A stretch of 63,412 nucleotides of DNA, filler included, from Thraustochytrium aureum (taxonomy: Eukaryota), in the NCBI GenBank assembly GCA_012862495.1. It is 5 parts of 5 records of this genome, joined end to end, with 100 filler letters (N's around TTAATTAATTAA, not from the genome) between each part and the next. Parts side by side here need not be neighbours in the genome. Positions count along the whole stretch, not along the records: positions 1 to 14,609 come from BLSG01000391.1; positions 14,710 to 44,716 come from BLSG01000393.1; 3 more parts are not named here. One strand, written 5' to 3'. The notes under the pieces are model-generated. The model had not been told where the DNA came from and did no database searches. It saw only the letters and a program-made list of their open reading frames with translations. The translations under genes and the position numbers were made by a program. Within the stretch, counting starts at the first letter, position 1, and the number at the start of each line of letters is the position of its first letter. Shown one piece after another: positions 11,195 through 23,277 of this stretch.

Positions 11195-12709
11195 TCACGC
11201 CCTGGTCGAAGCCCCAGCCGCGCTCGCCGACGCAGGGCCGCTCAAGTCTTTGCGCCACTGCGTCTTCCGTCGCTTGTTCTTGGTCCATGCTGTTAGAGAA
11301 AGCTCTGTGCGGTTGAGAATGCGGCACGCATTCTTGATTATCCAGCGCATCTGGTCCAGCGAGCTGGTAACGAGGCTGACGCCAGGCTTGGACTTGTTTG
11401 CCTCCAGCTTGTCAAGGTCGAGGCGCGCCCAGAGCCCGAGGCACACCACGCGTACGTAGTCGAGCCAGAGAACGTCTGCGAGAGAGGCAAAGTCCTCGTT
11501 GCTGGTGACCAGGATCCACTCCTCAAAAACATTAAAGTCCGTCTGGTCCTTGCTCAGGGGCAGCGTGGCGCGCCCCTCGTCGAATTTCTCGCGTAGCATG
11601 CGGCGAAAGTACTCGACGTATGAGCGCCACTTGGCAGGGCTTTCATAGACTGCGCAGGGGACCGACGTGGTGAGAAAGTAGACCAGGTCCTGCAGCGGGT
11701 GGCCAAACCCGTGCCACTGCATGTCCAACAGCTTGACAGGCCTCTTGCCGACCCGCGCCTCGCTGTTGGCCGCAGGCGCGGCGTCGCCCTCGCTCCCCGC
11801 GGGCTGGGTATCGTCGAGAAAGAGCATGTTGCACGCCTTGGCGTCGCCGTGGATCCAGCCGCACGAGCGGTCGCGCGCGATTCCGTCCAGTACAAAGGCG
11901 AGGGTGGCCAGCTGCCCACCGAGCGCTTGCGCGCTATTGCGCGCGGCAAGGTCATCCGCGAACAGGGCGTCCCCGAACCGATCCATGAACGACGACCACG
12001 ACTCGCGGAACCCTTCGACCTCCGTGGCCGGGCGCCGCGAGAGGACCCAAAACCCGCCGCGCTTGGGGTCGATGAGCTCGGGCTGGTCCAAAGGCCGCGA
12101 TTTGTACCAGAGCATAGCTGACAGCATGCGCCCCTGCGAAAACATGCTCGCCAGTGCGTCTATTGCCCCGCGGATTTGAGTCTCAGACTCGGTGAACCGC
12201 ACGGACGCGTAGCCCTGGTGCGAGCAATCCATCATGACTGTGACGAACGCGGGCTGCTTGGTCCCGCACTGCGCTGCAAGCACCACCTTCGGAAAAAGAT
12301 CTTCGCCGGCGTCCTTTTCAGTTTGTCGCTGATAGAACTCGACCTCGCGTTTGGCCGACTCGAGCATTGTCTCGCCCTTATCTAGTAGCTCGGAGGGGAC
12401 CACGCGCTTCACGACCACCCGCACGCTGGCGTACCCGGCCACGCGGAGCTCGACAAAGATCACCGTGGACATGCGCCCAAAGATCACCTTGCTGGCATCC
12501 ACAACCACGGCCTCGACCTGCGGGTCCACGTTGGCCCGAAACCACTCGCGGTCCAGCACGAGGGGCTCATCCGTGCGAAACCTGAGCAGCTCCGCCACGC
12601 CCTTCTCTGCCGCACCCGCACTCCCCGCCTCGGGAGCGCCGTCTTTCTTGGGCAGCTCGCCCAGGACTTGGAGCCCGGCGAGGCTGGCCGTGTCCATCTC
12701 GTCGCCCAT
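11195..12709 (-). CDS. Ecdysteroid-kinase-like / choline kinase / APH-family phosphotransferase
   Basis: REVEFY, WIHGDAKACNMLF (Brenner motif), LLDMQWHGFGHPLQDLVYFL. Confidence 0.85.
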   Translation of the reverse strand: MGDEMDTASLAGLQVLGELPKKDGAPEAGSAGAAEKGVAELLRFRTDEPLVLDREWFRANVDPQVEAVVVDASKVIFGRMSTVIFVELRVAGYASVRVVVKRVVPSELLDKGETMLESAKREVEFYQRQTEKDAGEDLFPKVVLAAQCGTKQPAFVTVMMDCSHQGYASVRFTESETQIRGAIDALASMFSQGRMLSAMLWYKSRPLDQPELIDPKRGGFWVLSRRPATEVEGFRESWSSFMDRFGDALFADDLAARNSAQALGGQLATLAFVLDGIARDRSCGWIHGDAKACNMLFLDDTQPAGSEGDAAPAANSEARVGKRPVKLLDMQWHGFGHPLQDLVYFLTTSVPCAVYESPAKWRSYVEYFRRMLREKFDEGRATLPLSKDQTDFNVFEEWILVTSNEDFASLADVLWLDYVRVVCLGLWARLDLDKLEANKSKPGVSLVTSSLDQMRWIIKNACRILNRTELSLTAWTKNKRRKTQWRKDLSGPASASAAGASTRA

Positions 12710-12875
12710 CGCGCGCGGCCGCCAAGTGCAGGAAACAAAACCACAAATCGACCCGCGTCCCAATCCCGAGCCTTACGGCGCGCTGGCCAAGCCAACGCGT
12801 TGTCGCGCAGTGCGTAGAGTACTGAGTAGGTATCAACCTGCCTGCGCGCCGCTCGGCTGCGAAGCCGCTCTGCGA

Positions 12876-13012
12876 CCATTTTGATTGATCGATTTGATTG
12901 ATTTCACTCTCGTCTTTCAGTCAAGAGATCAAAAGAACGTTCCTTTCAGTCAAGAGATCAAAAGAACGTTCCTTTCATTCAATTCAATTCTTGATCAAGA
13001 TCAATCAAATGG
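12876..13012. mobile_element. AT-rich MITE-like insert with ~14-bp terminal inverted repeats and internal 29-bp tandem duplication
   Basis: Left end CCATTTTGATTGATC; right end GATCAATCAAATGG; CTTTCAGTCAAGAGATCAAAAGAACGTTC twice at 12914-12971. No clear target-site duplication. Confidence 0.45.
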
Positions 13013-14653
13013 GCTCCAAGTTCAAACCGTAGACGTTTCCCTGATTCCGCTACGAAAGGCTCATGCACCGGTAATGTGTTTTTCTTAGAAGACCCCGCGC
13101 CACCTGGGCCTGGCATGCATCCGAGCACTGCAATCTGGTGCATGGACCCCGCTGCGAAAGGCTCAGAACGGCCCACGAGGGCGTGGCATTGACCTGGAGC
13201 ACGCGTGCGCAGGGCCCTTGCACGCGTGGAGGATCACTGCAAACTCGGTTGGATTTGGCAATTGCTTTTGGACAAATCTGAGCGGCTACAGCTTCGGCAA
13301 GCTCGACGAGGACTTGCTGTTGTATCTGCAACGCTCAGCGGAATCCTGGAGTACTCCATTGGGGCCAGCAGACGCGGACGCCGTGGCGCGCGACGAGCTC
13401 GCGGAACTGTGCAGTGCAGCTGGCGTGATGATGCTCTCCGCAGGCCGTGTGGCCCAACAATTGCACTCGCCGCGCTTCGGTTGAGGTCGCGGTCGGCCCA
13501 TTCCGCGTTGTCCTCGCCCGTCTGAGTGGGGGGACTGCGCACGGGTGCGGTTTATTCAGGGGGGTTGTGCGAGTCGTTTTGANNNNNNNNNNNNNNNNNN
13601 NNNNNNNNNNNNNNNNNNNNNNNNNNNNNNNNNNNNNNNNNNNNNNNNNNNNNNNNNNNNNNNNNNNNNNNNNNNNNNNNNNNNNNNNNNNNNNNNNNNN
13701 NNNNNNNNNNNNNNNNNNNNNNNNNNNNNNNNNNNNNNNNNNNNNNNNNNNNNNNNNNNNNNNNNNNNNNNNNNNNNNNNNNNNNNNCTTTGTTCATCAA
13801 GATGGCGAGGACTCGGTCGGGACTCGATTTCAAGGCGTTTGGCTGCTGCAGCGCGACCATCAAGGGTTTGCGCAGAGGGCGATTTCTCGCGGGACAACCC
13901 ACTTGCGGCTTTGGGTAGCACATCAAGTCTGAGCGGAGCGTTCGGCAGGGTCTTGTTGGTTTCTCTCCACTGTTGCTTGCTTGAGAGATGGTCAGAGTTG
14001 GGCCGTGACCAAACGCTTGACGCTGGTTTGCACGCTCACTGGCGCGACGGTGCGCGTCGCAGTTGCTCGTGACCACTTGCTCCCGCATCCCTTATACCTG
14101 TGGAGCTTTCGCAGGTGGATTTCTTGTGGCCGAGCGGCGCGAGGCTGGCTTTTCGTCGAGTACTCGAGTGGCTTTGCTACCAAGCCTCGTCATCCGTCTC
14201 TCGTTTCATTTCGCACGCCTGTTCGATCTTGTTTTTTTGTATACAGGGCCGGCCCCAAGAACGTCAGCCGAGCCAACCTCTCACGTTGGCGGTCCCGATC
14301 GAGGCTGGGGCGAAGCACACCATCTGGAAGCGACGAAAGCGGAGTTCGAGTCGCAACGCTGTTGTGTATTGACGGTCTGGCGACTCTCAGATTGAAATGT
14401 GCGCGGGTCCATCTTCGCGCACGCCCCGCCCTCAGCCCCAGCTGACGACACCATTCCCGTGACGCCATGACAGCCCCTAGCGGTTTCGAAAGCTGCAACG
14501 GCTGGCAACACGGGCACGTTTTGACCGCCAAGCCGCTCGCCAGCTGGCCGAAATAACAAGTAAATTATTGGCAGGCTGAGGGCCCGTCGTGCCTGCGAGT
14601 CGTCATTGCNNNNNNNNNNNNNNNNNNNNNNNNNNNNNNNNNNNNNNNNNNNN

Positions 14654-14665
14654 TTAATTAATTAA
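14654..14665. other. Artificial scaffold linker TTAATTAATTAA (six-frame stop) inside N run
   Basis: Identical 12-mer flanked by 44 N on each side; recurs four times in the window. Confidence 0.95.
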
Positions 14666-15317
14666 NNNNNNNNNNNNNNNNNNNNNNNNNNNNNNNNNNN
14701 NNNNNNNNNTGCGAGTTTTTGGCACTCATTCACACGGACGCCACAAGACACGGACTCGAACAATTGCATAGTTGGTTCTTTTGCGCCGCGTCTGTTGTTT
14801 TCTGCCAACGAGGTGTTTTGTTGTGGCCGCGGCGGCCATCGATTGCCGAGCCTCCGCTTGCCGCGCCTCCGCTTGCCGCGCCAGATGCGTAGGTACCTCC
14901 GCACGCTGCAAATGCGCTTATTACGAATTGATTCGCTGGCGAGAGCCAGCCGGTGGACCAATTGCAGGCCGGATTCGGGAATGATGCATCAGCAGACAGG
15001 ACATGCTGCCGAGGACTATCAATCTACAAATTCGTCACGGACGTCCCGAGTCAACTCCTCAAGCTGCCATCCGTCAAGCTTGGCGTCACGTGGATGAGCA
15101 CCTTTGATTCGCATTTGGCTTCTGGCCTCCATGGGGCTGGCCAGGGTCCTCCCCAGCGAGCCGCCTCCGTGGAGCAGCGAGACGGCCCTGTTTGTGCTGT
15201 CTGGCCTAGTCGTAGGTTTGTGCCGTAGGTTTGGCAGCGCCGTTTCTTTCACTTTCCTTTGAGGTCGCGCCTCCCGTCTTGGCGTAGCGCAGCTACACCC
15301 AGCCACATGGAGTACAT

Positions 15318-16578
15318 CTACAGACGAAACACGACGATGTTTCTCCCCTCGAACGGAAGCGTCGCCTTTTTGATGGCCGGGTCCTTTTGGAGCAAGTATT
15401 CAATAAAGCTGTCGTACGAGCGGACCGCTGTGCCGTCCTGCAAGGTCCGGTGCGGGAACAGCTTGCTATACACGCAGCACGGCACCACGGCGAACGGCTT
15501 GCCCAGAGCTAGCGCCAAGTCCACCGCGCACTCGGTAGCCTGGTCCGGATGCATTCCAACACAGACGGAAAACCCAGTCAAGCGCTCTATCACGCCATCG
15601 AGATCACAAACCGGGATACGCGCTTCGGCAGCTGCACGCTCAAACTCTTCTCGCGATGCGCTCTTTTCCGGTATCGCCTCGCTTCCCTCCGCGGGCCGGC
15701 CAAGCCCCTGGCCTATTTCAAATTGGTGCTCCGCTGCGGCTTGTTCCTCTGCTTGGCCCTCTGCGGCATTGAGGCCCCGAGACGCCCACTCCAGGGGGTT
15801 TGCTTGCTCGAGCACGGCCGCAAGGCCCTCGCTCGTCAGCGATCTGGCAGCTAGCGCCATTATTGTCGAGTCGTTGAGGTACATCGGGACGTGGTGGACG
15901 GCGCGAACCCCCGCATCGCGCCCGCGATACACGTGCCGGCCTCCCATCAGATTTCGGTGGAACATTCCTAGTCGCAACTTGCGCACGCCCGAGTACAGCG
16001 CCGGCATGCGCGGATCGACTACGGTGGCTGGCACGTCGCAGACGTTGGCGAACTGGAACGCGACATCGCCTTGGCCACCCGCGACGTCGAGGACGCCGGT
16101 CCCCATCCGCGCCGGCTCCACCCCAATCATGTCCAACACGAAGCTAATGAGCGCCCATGCTCGATTCGACTTGCGAACAACCACGCGCCGTCCGCCAAGA
16201 GTGCGCCGCCGCGTCGTGTCTGCCCCACGCTCTTCAGGCGGGGTGCGCAAACAAGCACTTGCTACCAAAAGAGCACTCGCCCTGCTTTCGCCAGTGCTTG
16301 CACACCGTCTCGCTGGTCCCCGTCGCCTCTCTGGTATTGACCCCGAGCCGCTTGGCACAGTCCAAGTGCACCCAAACGCGTTTTGACTGGTCCGTTCGCA
16401 CAAGCGCTTCCCCTTTCGTCTCGGTCCCATCCCGCCCCGCGCCGCGCACCACGCGCCCAAGCAGTGGCAGCACGACATCCCCAGGCACGCACATAGCATC
16501 GCACAAACCGCACGCGCTTTCTCTGCTTGCCACGAGTCCGGCGAGCTCGAGTCGCGCATCTCCCGCGCCCTCGGCCAT
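15318..16578 (-). CDS. CCCH zinc finger plus SAM-methyltransferase-like domain protein; +1 frameshift at 16240-16243
   Basis: CKHWRKQGECSFGSKCLFAH (C-x8-C-x5-C-x3-H). After removing one C the frame reads HPPEE...VLDVAGGQGDVA..VVDPR...VGMHPDQATE..KPFAVVPCCV..FEGRN. Confidence 0.8.
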
Positions 16579-17198
16579 CGCCGTCACCGTCCCTTTGCAT
16601 CCAACAGCCACGCCAGACCAATCCAACGAAACGAGCTGTGCCAGCGCAGGCCAGGACCGCCAAACCAAGCCAAGCCAAACCAATCCAGCGAAGCGAACAG
16701 CGCCTGCGCAAAACCAAACGAGCCCTGACAGGGATCGAGCCTCCAGCGCGCCATTCTGGCTGCCGCACACGCCACCTGCGAGCCCTTCGATTGCTCTTCT
16801 GCGCACATATGNNNNNNNNNNNNNNNNNNNNNNNNNNNNNNNNNNNNNNNNNNNNNNNNNNNNNNNNNNNNNNNNNNNNNNNNNNNNNNNNNNNNNNNNN
16901 NNNNNNNNNNNNNNNNNNNNNNNNNNNNNNNNNNNNNNNNNNNNNNNNNNNNNNNNNNNNNNNNNNNNNNNNNNNNNNNNNNNNNNNNNNNNNNNNNNNN
17001 NNNNNNNNNNNNNNNNNNNNNNNNNNNNNNNNNNNNNNNNNNNNNNNNNNNNNNNNNNNNNNNNNNNNNNNNNNNNNNNNNNNNNNNNNNNNNNNNNNNN
17101 NNNNNNNNNNNNNNNNNNNNNNNNNNNNNNNNNNNNNNNNNNNNNNNNNNNNNNNNNNNNNNNNNNNNNNNNNNNNNNNNNNNNNNNNNNNNNNNNNN

Positions 17199-17505
17199 GA
17201 CCTGAACGCAGCAGAGGATCAACTGACCTGAACGCAACAAAGCTGGACGCAGAGGTCAACTGACCTGGACGAGGGCCGCGCGACGCGAGCGGTCTTCTGG
17301 AACGTGGTTTTCAAGGCACCTGAAGGTGGAAAAAACCAGCAGACCTGAACGTGGGCAACAAATTGACCTGATCGTGGTCAACACACTGACCCGATCGTGG
17401 ACACCAATTGACCTGAACGCGGTCCCGCGCCGAGCGCGAGTGGCCTGAACGCGCTTGCCAACAGACTTGACAACCTGGAAACCAACTACACTAGCCTGAA
17501 CGCGG
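17199..17505 (+). repeat. Degenerate ~23-bp minisatellite / GACCTGAACG motif array
   Basis: About 12 copies of a GACCTGAACG(C/T)GG-like core with variable intervening sequence. Confidence 0.75.
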
Positions 17506-17635
17506 GCCATTCGAGTGCGGCGCTCGGCGAGCGCTTGGAGACCCGGGAAGGGGAAAGGGGCCGGACACTCTGCGTGTGCAGGTCGCCGCCCTCTCGCTTG
17601 CTGACCTTCGTCCAGGCGGGTGTGGTGCAAGGGCC

Positions 17636-20324
17636 ATGGCAGACGTGGATGCAGATGCGCGGCACGGAGACGACGCGCTTAATGCCGCTGATGACAGCGG
17701 CAAGGCGGGAGAGGATGACGAGGACGGCGACGAGGAGGACGGCGACGAGGAAGATAGCAAAGGCGAAAGCTGCATCAGGGTAGTCGTACGGGTTCGCCCG
17801 TTGTTGGAAGGCGAGAAGAAGAGCGGCGCAACGAGTTCAGCGCTAGCAGTCGACGACGAAAAGCAGGTAATTGAGCTCAAGCAGACCCAAGCGGACCGCA
17901 AGGGCGAGCGCGTAAGGCACAAAGCCTTTCAGTTTGACGCCGTGCTTGGCGAAACAGCCGACCAAGAGACCGTCTTCGCCAAAGCGCAAGTAGACACGAT
18001 GATCGATGCAGTGTTGTCTGGGTACGACGGAACCGTCTTTGCGTACGGACAGACAGGCAGCGGCAAAACGTTCACCATGGAGGGATACCAGTACCAAGAG
18101 TCCGTAGACGAGATCTCGCAAGACGCTGGCGTGAGCGTCGATATTGAGAACACCTCAAGCGCGCGGCTTGGCATCGTGCCTAAAGCGATCCGCTCGTTGT
18201 TCAAAAAAATTCGTGAGCGAGCCTCAAACGACCACAGCCTCGAGTTCCGCGTGCGATGCTCGTACATTCAGATTTACAACGAAAAAGTCCTGGACCTGCT
18301 CAACCCCGGCCACCTCGCAATAAGCTCCAAACCGGCCGGGAGTGACACCGGCGGAGACCAGGGACCGGGCGCTGCGGCAACTGCCGCCCCGGGCGGGCTG
18401 CGGCTCCGGTTTGACAGCTCTTGCGACCAATTCTACGTCGAAAGCCTCCTCGAAGTCGAGTGCCAAGGAGCCAGCGACTTGATGCGCCAGTTCGACCGAG
18501 GCGTGCGAAACAAGATAATGGGCTCGCATCGTCTCAATGCCGCGTCCTCACGCTCGCACTGTGTTTTCACTGTCCACGTGGATATTGTCGACCCGACCCA
18601 GCCAGCAGAGCCAAAATACTCGAGCCGGCTGTCCCTTGTTGACTTGGCTGGGAGCGAGCGCGTCAGCATGACCGGGGCCTCTGGCAAGACGCTCAAGGAG
18701 GCCACGTGCATCAACAGCTCTTTGTTCGCCTTGCGGAACGTGATCACGGCCATCTCTGCGGCGCAAAAGGGCGGGGCGGCAGCCTCCTCTGTCCACGTTC
18801 CATTTCGAGACTCGAAGCTTACATCGCTTCTCCAGCACAGTCTCGGCGGGACATCCCACACGCTGATGATCGCGTGCGTGTCTCCGAACGACCTCCATGC
18901 AGACGAGAACCTCTCGACGTTGGCGTACGCGGCCCGCGCCAACAAGATCCGCAACAGGCCGCGACGACACGAAGACGCCAAGAGCAAGCTAATACGCAAG
19001 CTCCGGGCAGAGATCAAGCTTCTGAAAAAGCAGCTGGCGCATGCCCAGCACGTCAGCGCGCTCAGCTTGGAGCAGAATCGCGCTGCGCTCGCCGCGCATG
19101 GCGCTTCCGAAGCCACTGACGCGGCGCGGGCTCGCGAGGGCGCCCAAAGTCGCGGTGTGCCGGACGCCACTGTGCTCAAGAAGGAGCTGCTAAACAGCAT
19201 CTCGATGATGAAGAGGATGCACGAGATCGAGCTAGAGCTAAGGGAGCGCATGGAGTCGGCAGAATCACAGGTTGACACGTTGCGGGTCGAGAGCGCGTCG
19301 CTGCACGCAGAGAACGAGCGACTTCGCGAGCACGAGCAGGTCCTTCTACATCTGCTCGACACAAACGATATCTCCGCGCCGCAGCGCACCACAAAGTCCA
19401 AGCCCCGTGCAAACGCAGCAGATGGCTCGGACGGCAGCCAAACCGCCAAAGCCAGCGGCGCCAGCGGCGGCAAGCTTGTGGCCAAGCAGCTGCTGGAGTT
19501 GCGGCGCGAGAACGAAAGGCTACGAGACACGGTCGCGACGCTTCGCGCGACGGAGAGCACGGAACACTTGAGTGGGTCGGCCTCTGGTTCGAGCTTGAGC
19601 GCCACGCAGCAGCAGCACATGGTTCCTGGAAAAGCCACAGATGGCTCAGTTTGCCGTGGGGTCGCTTGCGGCAGGGGCACCGGCAGCAAAAGGGACGCGT
19701 GGAAGGAAAAAGCGACGTCCGAAGGTCATGTCCGTGGAGCAGCTGCGGACCCTGCTAAGCGGAAGTGGCCAGGTGGACTCAACGGCCGGCAATAACGTTG
19801 CGCAAGGATTCCAGCAGCCGGGTCCCGGTGCTGCAGCGGCGATTGCGATGTCCTCCTCGCGTCCAGAGCAGTCGAACCGGCGCGAGTCTGCGAAAGCGTC
19901 TCCGCGGCGGCCACTTTTGATCAAGCGAGGTGCTGCAGAGGACGGCCGGCGGCCAGACCCCGAGTCGGAGCGCAGCGGCGCAGACGAGGGCCAGGCTGCC
20001 GCCCCGAGGGAAGGGTTCCCCGCGGGTGAACCGCTTGCGCTTGCTGCTGAACACGGCGGGCGAGCCGGCGGGTTCCTGCCGGTGGTTGGCACGAAGAGCG
20101 CGTCCACGTCGGTGCTGGGGATGCTGTCTCTGGCTAGCGGGCCGCTGTCCTTGCTGGGTGGCGGGCAGATTGATCGTCTGTCAACGGGCACAAGGGAAGC
20201 CGGCGGCAGCAGCGGAGGCACTGGCCTGCCGTTGCAGTCGCCCTTGCACAAAATGTCCGCCATTACAGAGCTTTTGCGAGCACAGTCAAAGTTCAAGCAC
20301 GGGCGCCAATTAGCCTCGAAATAA
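17636..20324 (+). CDS. N-terminal motor kinesin (KIF12/kinesin-16-like) with coiled-coil tail; frameshift at 19621-19622
   Basis: IRVVVRVRP, YGQTGSGKTFTM, NAASSRSH, LVDLAGSER, HVPFRDSKLT. Tail continues in ORF 19641-20324. Subfamily assignment is tentative. Confidence 0.92.
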
Positions 20325-20367
20325 AGGACTAGCCACGAAACAAACGATTAGCCTCGAAATAAATGAT
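20311..20367. repeat. 19-bp tandem repeat x3 over the kinesin stop codon
   Basis: TAGCCTCGAAATAAAGGAC / TAGCCACGAAACAAACGAT / TAGCCTCGAAATAAATGAT. Confidence 0.85.
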
Positions 20368-20392
20368 CGGTTTGGGGGTTTGCTCTCGGAAC

Positions 20393-21918
20393 TCAAAACT
20401 TGCCCACACGGCGGCTGCTCGCGCGCATCAAGTCCTCGATGTCCCCCAAATCACGGCTCCAGTTCGCCGAAACGGGCGAGGCAGTCACCGTGTGCTCTTT
20501 CAGGATGTCCCTCTTGATCGCCTCCACAGACATGACCTCCTCCTCGCCCGCGGCGGCGCGGCGCCGAGCGTCCATGCGCTGGAACGGGCAGCCAAAGGAT
20601 GCGGCGGGATCGACCGTGGCGATGACACACATGTTGCAGCGCACGCAATTGCTGACGACGTCCTCTGGGGCCGCGGGCAGACGGCCGTCCTCCTTTAGTT
20701 GCAAGGTGGCCTCGATGCGATTAACAAGGTCTGGTTCGCGGATCAGCGCCCGCGCAATTTGGACAAACCCAAAGCCTTCGCGGATAGCTCCTTCCATCTC
20801 GGCAAACGAGTTGACGCCTCCCATGAGGCACACCGGGACGCGATGGCCAATTTCGCGCATGATATATCGGCCCCATCGCGGAAGAAGCAGTCTTCGTACT
20901 CTACGCTTGGCACCGCAAGGGGCCCGAACACCATCATCGCAACTTTCTTCCAGGTGTGCGGCAGCGCTTGGACGAGCTTTGCTTGCGGCGTGCTGCCTCG
21001 GAGCATGTAGAACGCGTTCTTGGACACAAAGCCGCCGGTCATGACAAAGCCGTCGGCCGAGTTGTCGGCCAGGATTCGAGCTGCCACGGCCGCCCCGCGG
21101 AGCTCGAGCCCCCCAGACATGCCGTCGTGCATATTGAGCTTGACGATGATCGGAAAGTCGGGCCCAACCGCGGCGCGGCAACGCTTGAGGCACTCGGCCG
21201 GGAAAGCAGCGCGCTTTTCTGGGGTTCCACCGAACTCGTCGGTGCGGACGTTGGAGGCGGGGCTGAGAAACTGCGAGAGCAGGTATCCGTGGCCGCAATG
21301 CAGCTCGATGCAGTCAAACCCTGTCTCCTTCGCGAGAAGCGCAGCCTGTGCAAACGCGTCGGCAATGCGGTTGCAGTCTTTGGCCGTCATAGCGCGCGGA
21401 AAGTCGACCCCGGCAGGGTTGAAGACTGCGCTGGGAGCGATCTGCTGCTTTCCGATGGTCTCGCGGTCCGCAAAGGAGCCTCCGTGGGTCAGCTGCGCCG
21501 AAATGGCAGCGCCGTGGCTGTGAACAGCGCTGGTCAAGCGCTCCAGGAACTGGCGGCGCGACTGCTCCATGACAAGCTGTTCATCAAAGGTCCGGCCGTC
21601 GGGCGAGATACAGCAGTACGCGACGGTGGTCATTCCAACACCGCCTTTGGCCTGGTCGACATGTGTGGCGATCATTTCGTTTTCGCTCTCACCGTCAAAG
21701 GCCGCGGCGCGGACGATCCTGTTGCGCAACGTGAGGCCACGCAGCTGGAGCGGCTGCAGGCATTGTGCGTCTTGGCGCCTCGTGGGCGGCTCGCAGTGCA
21801 CCTGCGGCGACTTGGAGGGCACTTGGAGCTGGTCCCCGTTCTGGTCTTCAGGGAGGTAAGCTGGGACAACCCCGAGGTCGACGAGCCCACGGCAAAAGTT
21901 CAGCCAATGCTCGTACAT
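20393..21918 (-). CDS. NADH:flavin oxidoreductase (Old Yellow Enzyme-like TIM barrel); frameshift at 20869-20870
   Basis: LTLRNRIVRAA, QLTHGG, GFDCIELHCGHGYLLSQFLSP..N.RTDEFGG, then MGGV..GFGFVQIARALIREPDLV and CVRCNMC. Confidence 0.92.
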
Positions 21919-23277
21919 GGCGGACTCGGTTGCGTCTTTCCACGTCAGCCGGTTGGCTTTCNNNNNNNNNNNNNNNNNNNNNNNNNNNNNNNNNNNNNNN
22001 NNNNNNNNNNNNNNNNNNNNNNNNNNNNNNNNNNNNNNNNNNNNNNNNNNNNNNNNNNNNNNNNNNNNNNNNNNNNNNNNNNNNNNNNNNNNNNNNNNNN
22101 NNNNNNNNNNNNNNNNNNNNNNNNNNNNNNNNNNNNNNNNNNNNNNNNNNNNNNNNNNNNNNNNNNNNNNNNNNNNNNNNNNNNNNNNNNNNNNNNNNNN
22201 NNNNNNNNNNNNNNNNNNNNNNNNNNNNNNNNNNNNNNNNNNNNNNNNNCGCGGCCTTGCTCATCGCGATTGTCTCCTTCCAGTAGTTGCTTGCGGCGGG
22301 TTGGGATGCGCAGGCACTGTGTGGTTTTCTGCAGCGGCGTTGCGGCTCTGGTCGCTGGCTGGAGCAGAATACCTACGCAAACTCGCTTGTGGTCCACCAA
22401 CACTGCACACCCGGTTGTCGCGGGCCGTCGAATACCGGTACTACTTAGGGCCAGGCCAGCAGAGGAGCTCTGGCTGTTTGAGCGCAGATGGCGGCAGAGT
22501 CAGTTGAACCAAGGCAACCAAATCTACTCGCGTAGCTGAGCCGCCTTTGTTGGCCCGTCGCGAGTCGCGACCAGACCACACCGCACCACACCGCTCTCGC
22601 CGAAAAAGGACAGGCGCAAGCCCTGCACTCGACCAGCTCCAGTGCAAATGGGGTCTGTTGGTTGGCTCTTCAGGCACTGCAGTCGTGCGACGACAGTCGA
22701 TGGGACACATGGACGCACGCAAGATCGCTTCCGTTACGATTGTGCAATCCCTGTCGCTTGCTGTCGCCAACCATGCCGGAGCGGCCCCTTGCGTCACCCG
22801 CCCAGTCCGCGCGCGTCCCAGAGCCCATGGCCCACTCCCTGCTCTGGACAGTGGCTCGTCACATGGCCGACTGTTGATCACGAGCCGCCGGGGAACCGAG
22901 GAAGAGTCGTTGCGGCCTGGTCACAGGGGATCCATCGTTTCGCTGGCAACGGCCGTGACAGCATCTCGTCACAGGGAACTCCCGCGATCACGAGTCGCGC
23001 GACGTGGAGCGGCTGCGTCACAGGACGCCTAATGTTTCGCGTTAGACGAGAACGACAAGCTTTCGTCACAGGGGCCTCACCCGATCACGAGCAGCGAGAC
23101 GAGCTGGGCTGGGTCGTTGCGGCCACGTCACAGGGCTCCTACTGTTTCGTGGCGCGCAGACGTGAAGGGCGATGTGCAGCGTGTTGGGCGTTGGGAGCCA
23201 GGCAGACACGCACAGGGAGCATCCGAAGACGCGCTGCGGGTGCGACAGTAGGGCCTGAAGGACAACCGGGCGGCGGG

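Noticed and set aside
13080..14450. Coding-like fragments between the MITE-like insert and the linker
   Set aside because: Short, interrupted frames with no recognisable motif; cannot support a gene call
17199..17505. CRISPR array
   Set aside because: Core is only about 10-13 bp and degenerate, spacers are short and partly similar, there are no cas genes, and the context is eukaryotic
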